64,000 nt of DNA from NCBI GenBank assembly GCA_964016885.1, contig OZ024740.1:184760001-184824000 (forward strand). The letters are read 5' to 3'. The notes under the pieces were generated by a model. That model had not been told where the DNA came from, ran no database searches, and saw nothing but the letters and a program-made list of their open reading frames with translations. This document shows, one piece after another, positions 26,373 to 37,227 of this stretch. Both the position numbers and the translations under genes were made by a program. Numbering within the stretch: the first letter of the stretch is position 1; every line of letters begins with the position of its first letter. The stretch is from Eledone cirrhosa (Eukaryota).

Positions 26373-27217
26373 CTAAATATATAGTGTAAAGATGGTGAAT
26401 TGGCAGAATAATCAGTGCATCAGAGAGAATACCTTTCAGGATTCATTCTAGTTCTCTTTGCTCTGAAGTCAAATGCCACCAAGATTAACTTTTGAATTTC
26501 ATCATTTCGGAGACAATAAATATAGTATTAATTCAGTACTTGGGTCATCCTACTTCTCTTGCTTTTTTCTTGCTCTCCTTCACTCTGGGGCTTATTTACA
26601 ATGTACAGTAACATTTATTTCCAATGTTCAGTAACATTAAATGGTTATGACAAAAATCTACAGGATAGCATAAATATATTTTGTGAGAAGCTTTTCCAAG
26701 ATGACAATCAAATTCAACATTGCAATCCAATGAAACACTCCAAATCCCACAATGTTTTTGATATTTTATTTGTTGTTGTTGTTTTGATATTGTTTTTGAT
26801 CATCTTTTTTTGTTGTTTCTTAACTCAGGTCCACCTTAATCAATTAATTTGCGATCATTTTAATGATAAAAATGTCACTAGTAATATAAACGATATTGTT
26901 AATAAAGAAAGTTTGTAGAAGAGTTCAATGAGTTCAATTACTGTAAAGAGTGAAATATCAGTCTTTTGTCTAAAGGTGAAGGAAAGTGAGAAAGAGAGAG
27001 ATGGAGAAGGTGAAAGAGAGAGAGAAAAAGAAAGTGGAATTGTCAGCCTGGCTTTATGTTAGTAAAATAGTGTTCATACTCTTGCTGGTGTTGATATTAT
27101 TAATGTCAATGCATCAATCTTAATGATGATCCAAAAAATCACATGTCTGGAGACCATATGGAGGATGGCTGACTGTAGTTGGTCAACCTTACCTGGAGAA
27201 TGCACGTTTCTCTCATA

Positions 27218-27255
<38 letters not shown>

Positions 27256-27737
27256 AAATAATGGAGCCAAGGACTCACGTATAATCCTGTAATTTAATGA
27301 GCTCAACGGAAAGAGTTTTCCTGGGCACTTTAAATACAACATATAGAGAAAGACACAGAAGAGTGTGTTTTTCTTTACAGGAATTTCAAACCACCAGCGT
27401 GAAGAGAATATAAGCTAATAGAGGCATGGGAAAAACATTAAAATTAAAAGTATAAATTAAAATGAGAAACCAACCTCATATCTAAGTCACAAACTCACCA
27501 GGAGAATGTTTCACCATTTAAGTCGGTTTCAATTCGGCCCTGTGGGTCATCAGCATGTGGAAGGCCGATATTGTCTGCACTACTAGAGATAACTAAAGTA
27601 AACTACCTTTCGCACGTGTAGATATAAGGGAAATGCGTGCACGAGGCAGTAACCGGTGGTTCATGCCACCGGTTATATTTGATTAAGAGGTGCCTGCTGA
27701 CTGTAGGTTTCACTTGTTCCATTTATTGGCCAAACTT

Positions 27738-28030
27738 TACACTATCGGGGGTTTAACCCCCCATTAGGGTGTCTTAATATTATTGAAATTTGCTGAAATT
27801 TTCTGAATAGGCAGCATCTATGGTTTAAATTTCATATAAATCGAAGGGAAAAAATGTTCAGTAGAGGTTTGTGCCCCCGGGGAACCCTTTGATTCAAATG
27901 AAATATACTTATTCAAGTACCCTGGGCAATGTAGTTTCAGAATATACATGATTATGGAGGTCTATCTCCAAAACCATTGGAGGAGTTCGTCAACAAACAA
28001 ACAAAAAGACAGGAACTGCAACTTTATATA
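27738..28030 (-). mobile_element. Second copy of the Helitron-like repeat at 13920
   Basis: Colinear similarity from CACTATCGGGGGTTTAAC to AGACAGGAACTGCAACTTTAT. Confidence 0.6.
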
Positions 28031-28042
28031 TATATATATATA

Positions 28043-28580
28043 TGTAGATAAATCTACCAAAAGTTTACGGTAGTGTCCAATCCGTATGAAGAACTCAATG
28101 TAATCCGGATATCATGAAAAGAAGAGATGCATTCAAAAATCACTTTCGGTGAAAGATAAACGGAATACAGAGTCAAGATAAATTATTAAAAAAATAATGA
28201 ATAAACAAAGAAACAGTTCCTTATATTAAACAAAAAAAGTTCATTATTTTACGATCGTTTCTAGGACATATATGTGTTAGAATTGGTATGCATATTCAAA
28301 AGATCTATGTACAAAATTATACAAACTATCAGAGAGAATATACATACATTCACATATATATGCTGTCTTCAGAAATAATTTATTTCTGAAGACAGCATAT
28401 ATATGTGAAGGTATGTATATTCTCTCTGATAGTTTGTATAATTTTGTACATAGATCTTTTGAATATGCATACCAATTCTAACACATATATGTCCTAGAAA
28501 CGATCGTAAAATAATGAACTTTTTTTGTTTAATATAAGGAACTGTTTCTTTGTTTATTCATTATTTTTTTAATAATTTAT
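28043..28580. mobile_element. Non-coding hammerhead-bearing hairpin element in (TA)n
   Basis: Arms 28178-28378 and 28380-28580 form a ~200-bp palindrome with a 1-nt spacer (one mismatch seen). The left arm extends to 28043. Confidence 0.88.
28380..28514 (+). ncRNA. Hammerhead ribozyme with ~104-nt stem II region (mirror copy on minus at 28244-28378)
   Basis: TTATTT-CTGAAGA-..CATATATATGTG...CACATATATG..-GAAAC-GATC-GTA|AAATAA. Perfect 6-bp stem I and palindromic stem III ACGATCGT. Confidence 0.72.
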
Positions 28581-28597
28581 ATATATATATATATATA

Positions 28598-28712
28598 AGG
28601 AAAAATGTATGTTAAACGATGGTGAAGAAGATGATGATATATATGTATATATATATATATATACATAAATATCATCATCATCTTCACCATCGTTTAACAT
28701 ACATTTTTCCTT
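28598..28712. repeat. TA-centred inverted duplication of a SINE 3' end
   Basis: AAGGAAAAATGTATGTTAAACGATGGTGAAGA...(TA)n...TCTTCACCATCGTTTAACATACATTTTTCCTT. Confidence 0.85.
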
Positions 28713-28880
28713 GCTAGAATGGGTTTGACAAGTTGTCCTGTTGTGAGAAATGCCAGGTCAGGTGATCATATCTTGCTCATACAGAACTGATTTTGGTTTG
28801 GTTTCTACAGCTGGATACTCTTCCTAATGCCATCCACATTTACAGTGAGTACTGGGTGCCTTTTGTTGTGACAACAACAC
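28672..28880 (-). mobile_element. SINE with (GAT)n tail
   Basis: Same tail family as 35392-35500, 37078-37227, 45210-45380, 51828-52100 and 52580-52738 (CCCATGCTAGC..GGACGTAAAA..GATGATG). Confidence 0.65.
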
Positions 28881-28943
28881 CACCACATTACAGTGTGGGC
28901 TGGAGACTTTGGTGGGAGAGGTGTGTGGGGACTGGGGAGGTGG

Positions 28944-28979
<36 letters not shown>

Positions 28980-29102
28980 ATGTATGTATATGCATATGTA
29001 TATATATATACATATTTTCTGCAAAATATTGACTTAATACAGCAGTGTTTCTTCCTCTTCTCATTATCTAACTTTCTATTTCATCTTTTATTTCTCATTC
29101 AA

Positions 29103-29138
29103 TCTTCTGATGAAGGACTAGTGCCCGAAATATTAAGA
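29103..29138 (+). ncRNA. Minimal hammerhead motif
   Basis: TCTT-CTGATGA-AGGACTAGTGCCC-GAAA-TA-TT|AAGA. Decayed relatives lie at ~23890 and ~62867, each after a pyrimidine-rich tract. Confidence 0.6.
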
Positions 29139-29248
29139 CTCTTTTCCTACTATATCAATAATTAGACTAATATATTTCATCATTGTACTGCATCGTTTAC
29201 TTTGTTATTTTCATTTATTTTTTGCATATACATATATATATATATATA

Positions 29249-29358
<110 letters not shown>

Positions 29359-29584
29359 TTTTGAGTGTATGCTGGTTGTATACCAACACCTCAGTATGCA
29401 GGCTGGAGCACTCGACGAAGTGCGCAGGTTGGTTTGATTACTCCGGAGTAATGTAAAATAAAGTAAAATATCATTCCAGTTCCTCAGTGAAATAACAACC
29501 CAACCAGGAACTGGGCATATCAGAGTATTGACAAAATTATACACCTCAACAACATATGTACTTGTCTATACCATACTAATTCGG

Positions 29585-29639
29585 ACTGCCTGAAGAGGTC
29601 ACAGCCAAAGATGGCTGTCACCGAAATATATATAGCAGT
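29585..29639 (+). ncRNA. Type I hammerhead ribozyme
   Basis: ACTGC-CTGAAGA-GGTcACAGCCA-AAGA-TGGCTGTcACC-GAAA-TATATA-TA|GCAGT. Perfect 5-bp stem I. Sits in a ~330-bp insert ending at a TA repeat. Confidence 0.85.
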
Positions 29640-29685
29640 AATAAACGAAGCTAAATTTTAAACATTTGACTTATTTATTTTACCT

Positions 29686-29793
<108 letters not shown>

Positions 29794-29805
29794 ATATATA
29801 TATAT

Positions 29806-29858
<53 letters not shown>

Positions 29859-30144
29859 GTTTGTATTTGTGTTTGTGTGAGGGCTTGTATGTGTGTGTTC
29901 ATTGATAATAACCTCATAAGTAATGTATTAGGAGTGTGTAAAGACATTGGACTCTATTACTAAATCTCTTGTGTGATTCTACTTATTCCACTAACTTCCC
30001 ACTTTCTTCCTTTCCCTCTCCCTCTCTCTCTGACTATATTTTTCTCTTTAGCATCCCCCTCTCTTTTTCCCTCATGCTATAGCTTTCAAAATCACCACCT
30101 CCATCACTCCTTCATGTGTGAATGTCTCTGCTGTTATAACTCCT

Positions 30145-30229
30145 CTTACTACTACTACTACTACTACTACCACCATCACCCCCACCCCCACAACACCCCG
30201 CCCTCATAACACCCGCCCTCATACCCCCC

Positions 30230-30299
<70 letters not shown>

Positions 30300-30307
30300 G
30301 ACGACGA

Positions 30308-30345
<38 letters not shown>

Positions 30346-30400
30346 GCTGCTGCTGCCGCTGCTTTGTTGCTGCTGCTGCTATTGTTTAACTGTTGTTGTT
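30145..30400. repeat. Compound trinucleotide microsatellite (TAC/GAC/TGC)
   Basis: Visible directly in the sequence. Confidence 0.9.
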
Positions 30401-31639
30401 GTCATTGTCTTTGTTGATGCTGTTGGCTTTCAAGCATAACACTTCTTTTTCCCTCAATATGTTATATGCTGTAGCTAGTGGTGTTGTTATGTATATAAAG
30501 AATGATGATAATGATATTGATGATGATGATCACGACGATGATGATTATGATTGTTATATTTATTGATAATGGCGTCTGATTTAGGGACAAGTTCAACAAT
30601 TGTGGGGGAGGTGAAAATCAATTAAATCGACCCTAATGCATTACTGGTACTTCATTTTATCAACACCAATGTGTTACTGGTACTTTATTTTATTGACCCC
30701 GTAAGGATGAAAATCAAAGCCAACCATGGTGGGATTTGAACTCAGAATATAAAGGGAAGTAACTACATGCTGCAAAGCATATTGTCTGACGCTCTACCAT
30801 TTTATAATGATAATGGAGATGCTGATGGTTACATAATGACAGTGATGATGTTGATGGTAATGGTTGTGATTGTGATGATGATAGTTATGGTGATGCTGAT
30901 GATAACACTATTGTTGTGGTAGTTATTGTTGCAGTTGCAGTAGTTGTTTGTATTGCTGCTGCCTTTGTTACTGCTGTTGCAGCTACTACTGCTGCTGTTG
31001 AGGATGCTGTTTGTTACTTAATACTGTTGCTGTTGTTGATATTGATGTTGTTTCTTGTTATTGGTGATGGTGAGGATGTTGTCATTATCATAGTTTATAT
31101 TGTTGTTGTTCGAGGCGATAATGGTGTTGTTGCTGCTGTTGATGTGTCGTCCCTAGGTTTGACATGATCAATTAAACCTATGATCAGAGACAGTCCACCT
31201 GTGACTATCCTGTCTATTTTTTAACTCTTAATATCATTTATCATGAAACTACATTAGCAAGAGACATTCTATAAAATAACACTATTATTGCATCACATTA
31301 AACATTAAAGTCTTATATTTTAGTTTACTGTAAATTTTTGCAATGGTTTTTCCAGTAGTAAAGATACTTTAACTGTTTGAATTAACAAATTTGTTTTTAA
31401 ATATTTTCTTCTAAATCATTACATTATGTTAACAGTTAAAGGATAATGTAAGACTAAACTATCAAATGAGTCCTTTTCTGTTATTTAAAAGAGGAGAGTG
31501 AGATTTGTGCAAGATTTTGCTGCTATTTCTAGCAAGCTACATGATCATGTAATATTCCGTTGTTGACTCAAATATTGTAGTAGATGTCCCAGTTGTTCTT
31601 GCAATTGTTATTGGGGGGGGGGGGGGGGTTGATGCTATT

Positions 31640-33080
31640 GTTATTAAGAGTGTTATTGGAGGTGTTGTTGTTATTGAGAGTGTTGTTGTTGGTGTTGTTG
31701 TTGGAGGTGTTGTTATTGGTGTTGTTGTTGGGGGTGTTGTTGTTGGTGTTGTTGTTGGGGGTGTTGTTGTTGGTGTTGTTGGTGTTGTTGTTGGGGGTGT
31801 TGTTGTTGGAGGTGTTGTTATTGGTGTTGTTGTTGGAGGTGTTGTTATTGTGAGTATTGTTGGAGGTGTTGTTATTGGTGTTGTTGTTGGGGGTGTTGTT
31901 ATTGGTGTTGTTGTTGGGGGTGTTGTTATTGGTGTTGTTGTTGGGGGTGTTGTTATTGGTGTTGTTGGTGGTGTTGTTATTGGTGTTGTTGTTGGAGGTG
32001 TTGTTGTTTTTGGTATTGTTGGAGGTGTTGTTATTGGTGTTGTTGTTGGAGGTGTTGTTATTGGTGTTGTTGTTGGAGGTGTTGTTATTGGTGTTGTTGT
32101 TGGAGGTGTTGTTCTTGTGGGTATTGTTGGAGGTGTTGTTATTGGTGTTGTTGTTGGAGGTGTTGTTATTGGTGTTGTTGTTGTAGGTGTTGTTATTGGT
32201 GTTATTGGAGGTGTTGTTATTGGTGTTGTTGGAGGTGTTGTTATTGGTGTTGTTGTTGGAGGTGTTGTTGTTGTGGGTATTGTTGGAGGTGTTGTTATTG
32301 GTGTTGTTGTTGGAGGTGTTGTTATTGGTGTTGTTGGAGGTGTTGTTATTGGTGTTGTTGTTGGAGGTGTTGTTGTTGTGGGTATTGTTGGAGGTGTTGT
32401 TATTGGTGTTGTTGTTGGAGGTGTTGTTATTGTGGGTATTGTTGGAGGTGTTGTTATTGGAGTTGTTGTTGGAGGTGTTGTTATTGGTGTTGTTGGATGT
32501 GTTGTTATTGGTGTTGTTGTTGGAGGTGTTGTTATTGTGGGTATAGTTGTTATTGGAGGAATTGTTGTTGTTGGTATTGTTGTTATTGGAGGAATTGTTG
32601 TTGTTGGGGTGTTGTTGTTATTGGAGGAATTATTGTTGTTGTTGTAGTTGTTGTTATTGGAGGAATTATGGTTGTTGTTGGTATTGTTGTTATTGGAGGA
32701 ATTGTTGTTGTTGGGGAGTGTTGTTGTTATTGGAGGAATTATTGTTGTTGTTGTAGTTGTTGTTATTGGAGGAATTGTTGTTGTTGGGGTTGTTGTTGTT
32801 ATTGGAGGAATTATTGTTGTTGTTGTTGTTATTGTTGTTATTGGAGGAATTGTTGTTGTTGTTGTTGTTGTTGTTATTGTTGTTATTGGAGGAATTGTTG
32901 TTCTTGTCGTTGTTATTATTGTTATTGGAGGAATTGTTGTTGTTGTTATTGGAGGAATTATTGTTGTTGTTGTTATTGTTGTTATTGGAGAATTGTTGTT
33001 GTTGGGGGTGTTGTTGTTATTGGAGGAATTATTGTTGTTATTAGAGGAATTATTGTTGTTGGAAGTGTTGTTGTTCTTCT
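31640..33080. repeat. GTT-derived minisatellite, ~27-bp unit, switching to a second variant
   Basis: GGAGGTGTTGTTATTGGTGTTGTTGTT repeats to ~32540, then ATTGGAGGAATTGTTGTT.. units follow. Confidence 0.92.
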
Positions 33081-33869
33081 GTTGGTATTGTAGATGTTGG
33101 TTTTGTTCAAGTGGTTATTGTTGTTGTGGTAGTTGTGGTTTATCCCTGTAGTCTTTGCAGTTGTTTTTGTAAGTTTTACTATTATAAGTGCTAATTTTGT
33201 TGGTTGTTGTTGTATTTTTACTTTGCTGCAGCTGCTGTTATTAATGGTGTAAATCTCATTGATATTGCTGCTACAGCTGCAGTTATTAGTGATGTTGATA
33301 CTGCTGTTATTACTACTATTGTTGTTTTGCTTGTCATTTTTGTTACTGTTATTCTCATTGCAGACACTACATTCAATGCTGTTGCATTTCATTATATAAA
33401 CTAAGCTCTTCTCCCACAGTTCGCTATATTGCCGCTGCTGATCTTGTTGCTGTTTTTACTGTAACTACTCTTGTTATTGTTGCTGCTGCTGCTATTGTTA
33501 CTGTTGTTGTTGTTTACCCATAGGTCAGATCTAACAAAATCAAGCAAAGCTATGATCAAAAGCATTACTACAATGATCATCCTGCCTTTTTTGAATTTTC
33601 TTATCTTCATCACTTGATGTACTGTATCTAGCTATAACTTACAGTGTTGTATTTGTTGTTTAGTAATAGGAGCTCACACATGATAAGCAGACTTATGTTC
33701 AATGGCATTCCAGCAGCGACCATCCCTAAAATTTTGTATCTAGATCATACATTATCATTTGTATTCATTTATTTCTCTTTTTCTCTTTAAACTTGATTGC
33801 TATTTCTAGCAAGAAAAGTGACCATGTAGAGACTATTTCATTGGTAGTAGTGGAGGGATGGTAGGGTTG

Positions 33870-34295
33870 ATTGTGGTGGTGGTGTGGTGGTACTGGTGGT
33901 GGTGATGGTGGTTGTGGCTGTGCTTGCAAAAGTTGTGGTGGTGGTGATGGTGGTTGTGGCTCTGCTTGTGAAAGTTGTGGTGGTGGTGATTGTGGTTGTG
34001 GCTGTGCTTGTGAAAGTTGTGGTGGTGGTGATGGTGGTTTGGGCTGTGCTTGTTAAAGTTGTGGTGGTGGTGGTGATGGTGGATGTGGCTGTGCTTGTGA
34101 AAGTCGTGGTGGTGGTGATGGTGGTGGTGGTGATGGTGCTTGTGAAAGTCGTGGTGGTGGTGATGGTGGTTGTGGCTGTGCTTGTGAAAGTTGTGGTGGT
34201 GGTGATGGTGGTTGTGGCTGTGCTTGTGAAAGTTGTGGTGGTGGTGATGGTGGTTGTGGCTGTGCTTGTGAAAGTCGTGGAGGTGGTGATGATGA
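33870..34295. repeat. 42-bp minisatellite
   Basis: AAAGTTGTGGTGGTGGTGATGGTGGTTGTGGCTGTGCTTGTG, about 9 copies. Confidence 0.9.
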
Positions 34296-34684
34296 TGGAT
34301 GAATTGTTGTTGTTGTTTGTGGTGGTGGTGGTGTGTTGGTGTTTGTGGTGAGGATAAAGGTGGTGGCATTGTCTTTGCAAACTAATTTCTTTCTCTGCCC
34401 AGCTTGTTAATATATATAGCTTCTATTTCTCCCAAATGCTGTTGATGATACTGCTATTGTTGAGGGTGATCCTGATGATGATGATGATGATGATGCCATT
34501 GATGTTGTTGTTATTGTAGTTACTGCTTCTGAGTTGTTTTTACAGACTAAATACTCCTTTATGACTGAGCTGCTGTTTTACTTTCTTTCCTTCTTTCTTT
34601 TTTCTTTCTTTCTTTCTTTTTTTATTTTTTCGTTTGTTCTTTCTTTCCTTCCTTTTTCCTTTTTCTATTCCTTTCTTCACTACT

Positions 34685-34760
34685 TCAACAACAACAACTA
34701 CTACTACTACTACTGATGCTGTTGCTGCTGCTGCTGCTACTACTACTACTAGCACCACTA

Positions 34761-34811
<51 letters not shown>

Positions 34812-34880
34812 TAACTACTACTACTGCTGCTGATGATGATGGCGATGTTGCTATTACTACTACTACCACCACCACCACCG

Positions 34881-34952
<72 letters not shown>

Positions 34953-35030
34953 CTACGACGATGATGACAACAACTATGACAACAAGGACTGCTGCTGCTG
35001 CTATTCTCACTGCTGCTTCTGGCAACTACT
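34685..35030. repeat. Compound trinucleotide microsatellite
   Basis: (TAC)n, (TGC)n and (CAC)n runs. Confidence 0.9.
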
Positions 35031-35253
35031 GCTAATGTTGATGCTGTTATTGAAGATAGTGTTGTTGTTATTGTAATTATCACTTCTAAAATTGTTGTTG
35101 TTACTGCTACTGCTATAGCATTTTAGGCAGCGAGACATTATTAGTAGATAATATTGTTACTACTTTCACACAATAATTGAGGCTTGTCATTGGCAGTCTA
35201 TAACAAATAATTGGTGGGGGAACCACTTGGCTACATATATATATATGTGTGTG

Positions 35254-35284
<31 letters not shown>

Positions 35285-35619
35285 TTCACTGTTTGGGAAC
35301 TAAACACACACACACACATTCATATGCATGAACACATGCTCACACACACACACATACACATGTGTATAGTATATAAATATATATATATATCAGTTCCCGT
35401 GCGAGCAAGACAAGGTCAGCCGACCGGACACTGCCCACAACAGGACAACCCGTCTAACCCATGCTAGCGTGGAAGAACGGACGTAAAACAGTGATGATGA
35501 TTATGTTGATGATATATATATATATCATCAACATCATCATCATCATCATCATTTTACGTCCGCTTTTCCCTGCTTGCAAATATATATATATGTGTGTGCG
35601 TGTGTATGTGTGAGTGTGT

Positions 35620-35880
35620 ACAAGAAGTATGCAGGAACGACAAAGCATCAGGGAACTGAGAAAGAAACTAGGCATAAAAGGGGTCAAGTGCAGTGTGTAG
35701 GTGAGGAAATTGTGGTGGTTTGGACATGTGATAGGTGGAGGAAGACTGATGTATAAAGAGGTGCAGGGCACTCAAAGTGTCTATGGAAGAGAAGACCTAG
35801 GAACATTTGGTATGAAGTGATAAAAGCTGACCTTGCTCAATTAAACCTCTGAAAGGAGTTGACACTGGTGCCATGTTGTA
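35620..35880 (+). mobile_element. Decayed RTE-like LINE 3' fragment
   Basis: Translates to RKLWWFGHVI followed by a GR-RPR-like motif. Confidence 0.5.
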
Positions 35881-36907
35881 CGGCAGAGAACGCCATCCCC
35901 CACCTCTGTGTATAAAAGTGAAATGAAACAAACGTGCAGAGGATACACTAGCCTACAACAAGCCTTCACACACTCCACTCCCACCTTAATACCCCGTTCA
36001 CACCTAAATATCCTATGCACTTAATCGATATCACACCCACTTTTACACAGTCTCTCTCTCTCTCTTCTCTCTCTATCACTCTCTCTCACTCTCTCTCTCT
36101 CTCTCTTTCTTCTGAAAGAAATTGGCTGTCTTCTGAGTTGAAGAGAAATTGGCTATGCTAGGTTTAAAATCCCAAGGTATGCCGTTTCCCAGTGCAGCAA
36201 TTCTAGGATACTATCAAGAGTTACAGGTCCATGGCATGGCACACATATACATCATCATCATTCTTTAATGTACATTTCCCATTCTTGCATGGATCTGTAC
36301 CCATATGGATCTGTATTTTGCCCTTCCTAATACCAATCACATTAAAGCGTGGACTGGGTGCTTTTTATTGTGGCTCCAGCACAACCACCTTACAGTGTGG
36401 ACTATGTGCTTTTTGTCATGTCACCAGTATGACCATTCCACATGATGGGCTGGGTACTTTTTCTCATCTCACCAGCATGACTTTTATACAGGGGGAACTG
36501 GGAGCCTCCTGTCGAGTCACTAGCACAAGCACTGTAAAGAGTAGATTGGTTTCTAACTTGTGTCATATAACGATTATGACCACCTTACAGGAAGGACAGA
36601 GTGCTTTTGTTGTTGTGGCACCAGATCGCAATACAGGGTGGACAAAGTGCTTTTTTTCATGGTAGCAGCATTATGGGAATGAGGGAGAGGAGATTTAGAA
36701 TGTCCAGCATTTCATGCTTGTATGCATGGGTTGAGCATAAGACAGATACCTCAGGAGAGTGGAATTTGGGGAGGGTAGGAGTATGCAAGTTGGACATGGA
36801 TGAGGGGTATGGGATATTTAATGGGTGAGGGCAAGGTATCAAGTCAAGAAAGGTGAATTGGGGAGGGATAGGGGGATGCTTATTGCCGTCTAGTGTCCTC
36901 TCTCTCT

Positions 36908-37077
36908 ATATATATGATATACATTGATAACACATACCAGAATATGAAAGCATATTTTAAATAATACATATATACATATATATATGTATTATTTAAAATA
37001 TGCTTTATATGATATACATTGATAACACATACCAGAATTTGAAAGCATATTTTAAATAATACATACATATATATATA
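36908..37077. repeat. Direct tandem duplication, ~95-bp period
   Basis: TATATGATATACATTGATAACACATACCAGAAT..GAAAGCATATTTTAAATAATACATA occurs twice. Confidence 0.85.
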
Positions 37078-37187
37078 AGCCAGAATCAGTTCCCGTATGA
37101 GCAAGACAAGGTCAGCCGACCGGACACTGCCCACAACAGGACAACCCGTCTAACCCATGCTAGCGTGGAAGAACAGGCGCAAAACGG

Positions 37188-37227
<40 letters not shown>

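Noticed and set aside
27515-27556. Minus-strand CTGATGA...GAAAC hammerhead candidate
   Set aside because: Stem II is out of register and stems I and III do not pair. At best a decayed copy.
31584-33151. Gly/Val/Ile-, Leu- or Cys-rich ORFs
   Set aside because: These are products of a GTT-based tandem repeat.
33833-34369. His-rich ORF (HHNFHKHSHN repeats) as a beak or metal-binding protein
   Set aside because: It is a translation of a 42-bp minisatellite open in several frames on both strands, with no signal peptide, no Gly-rich motifs and no exon support.
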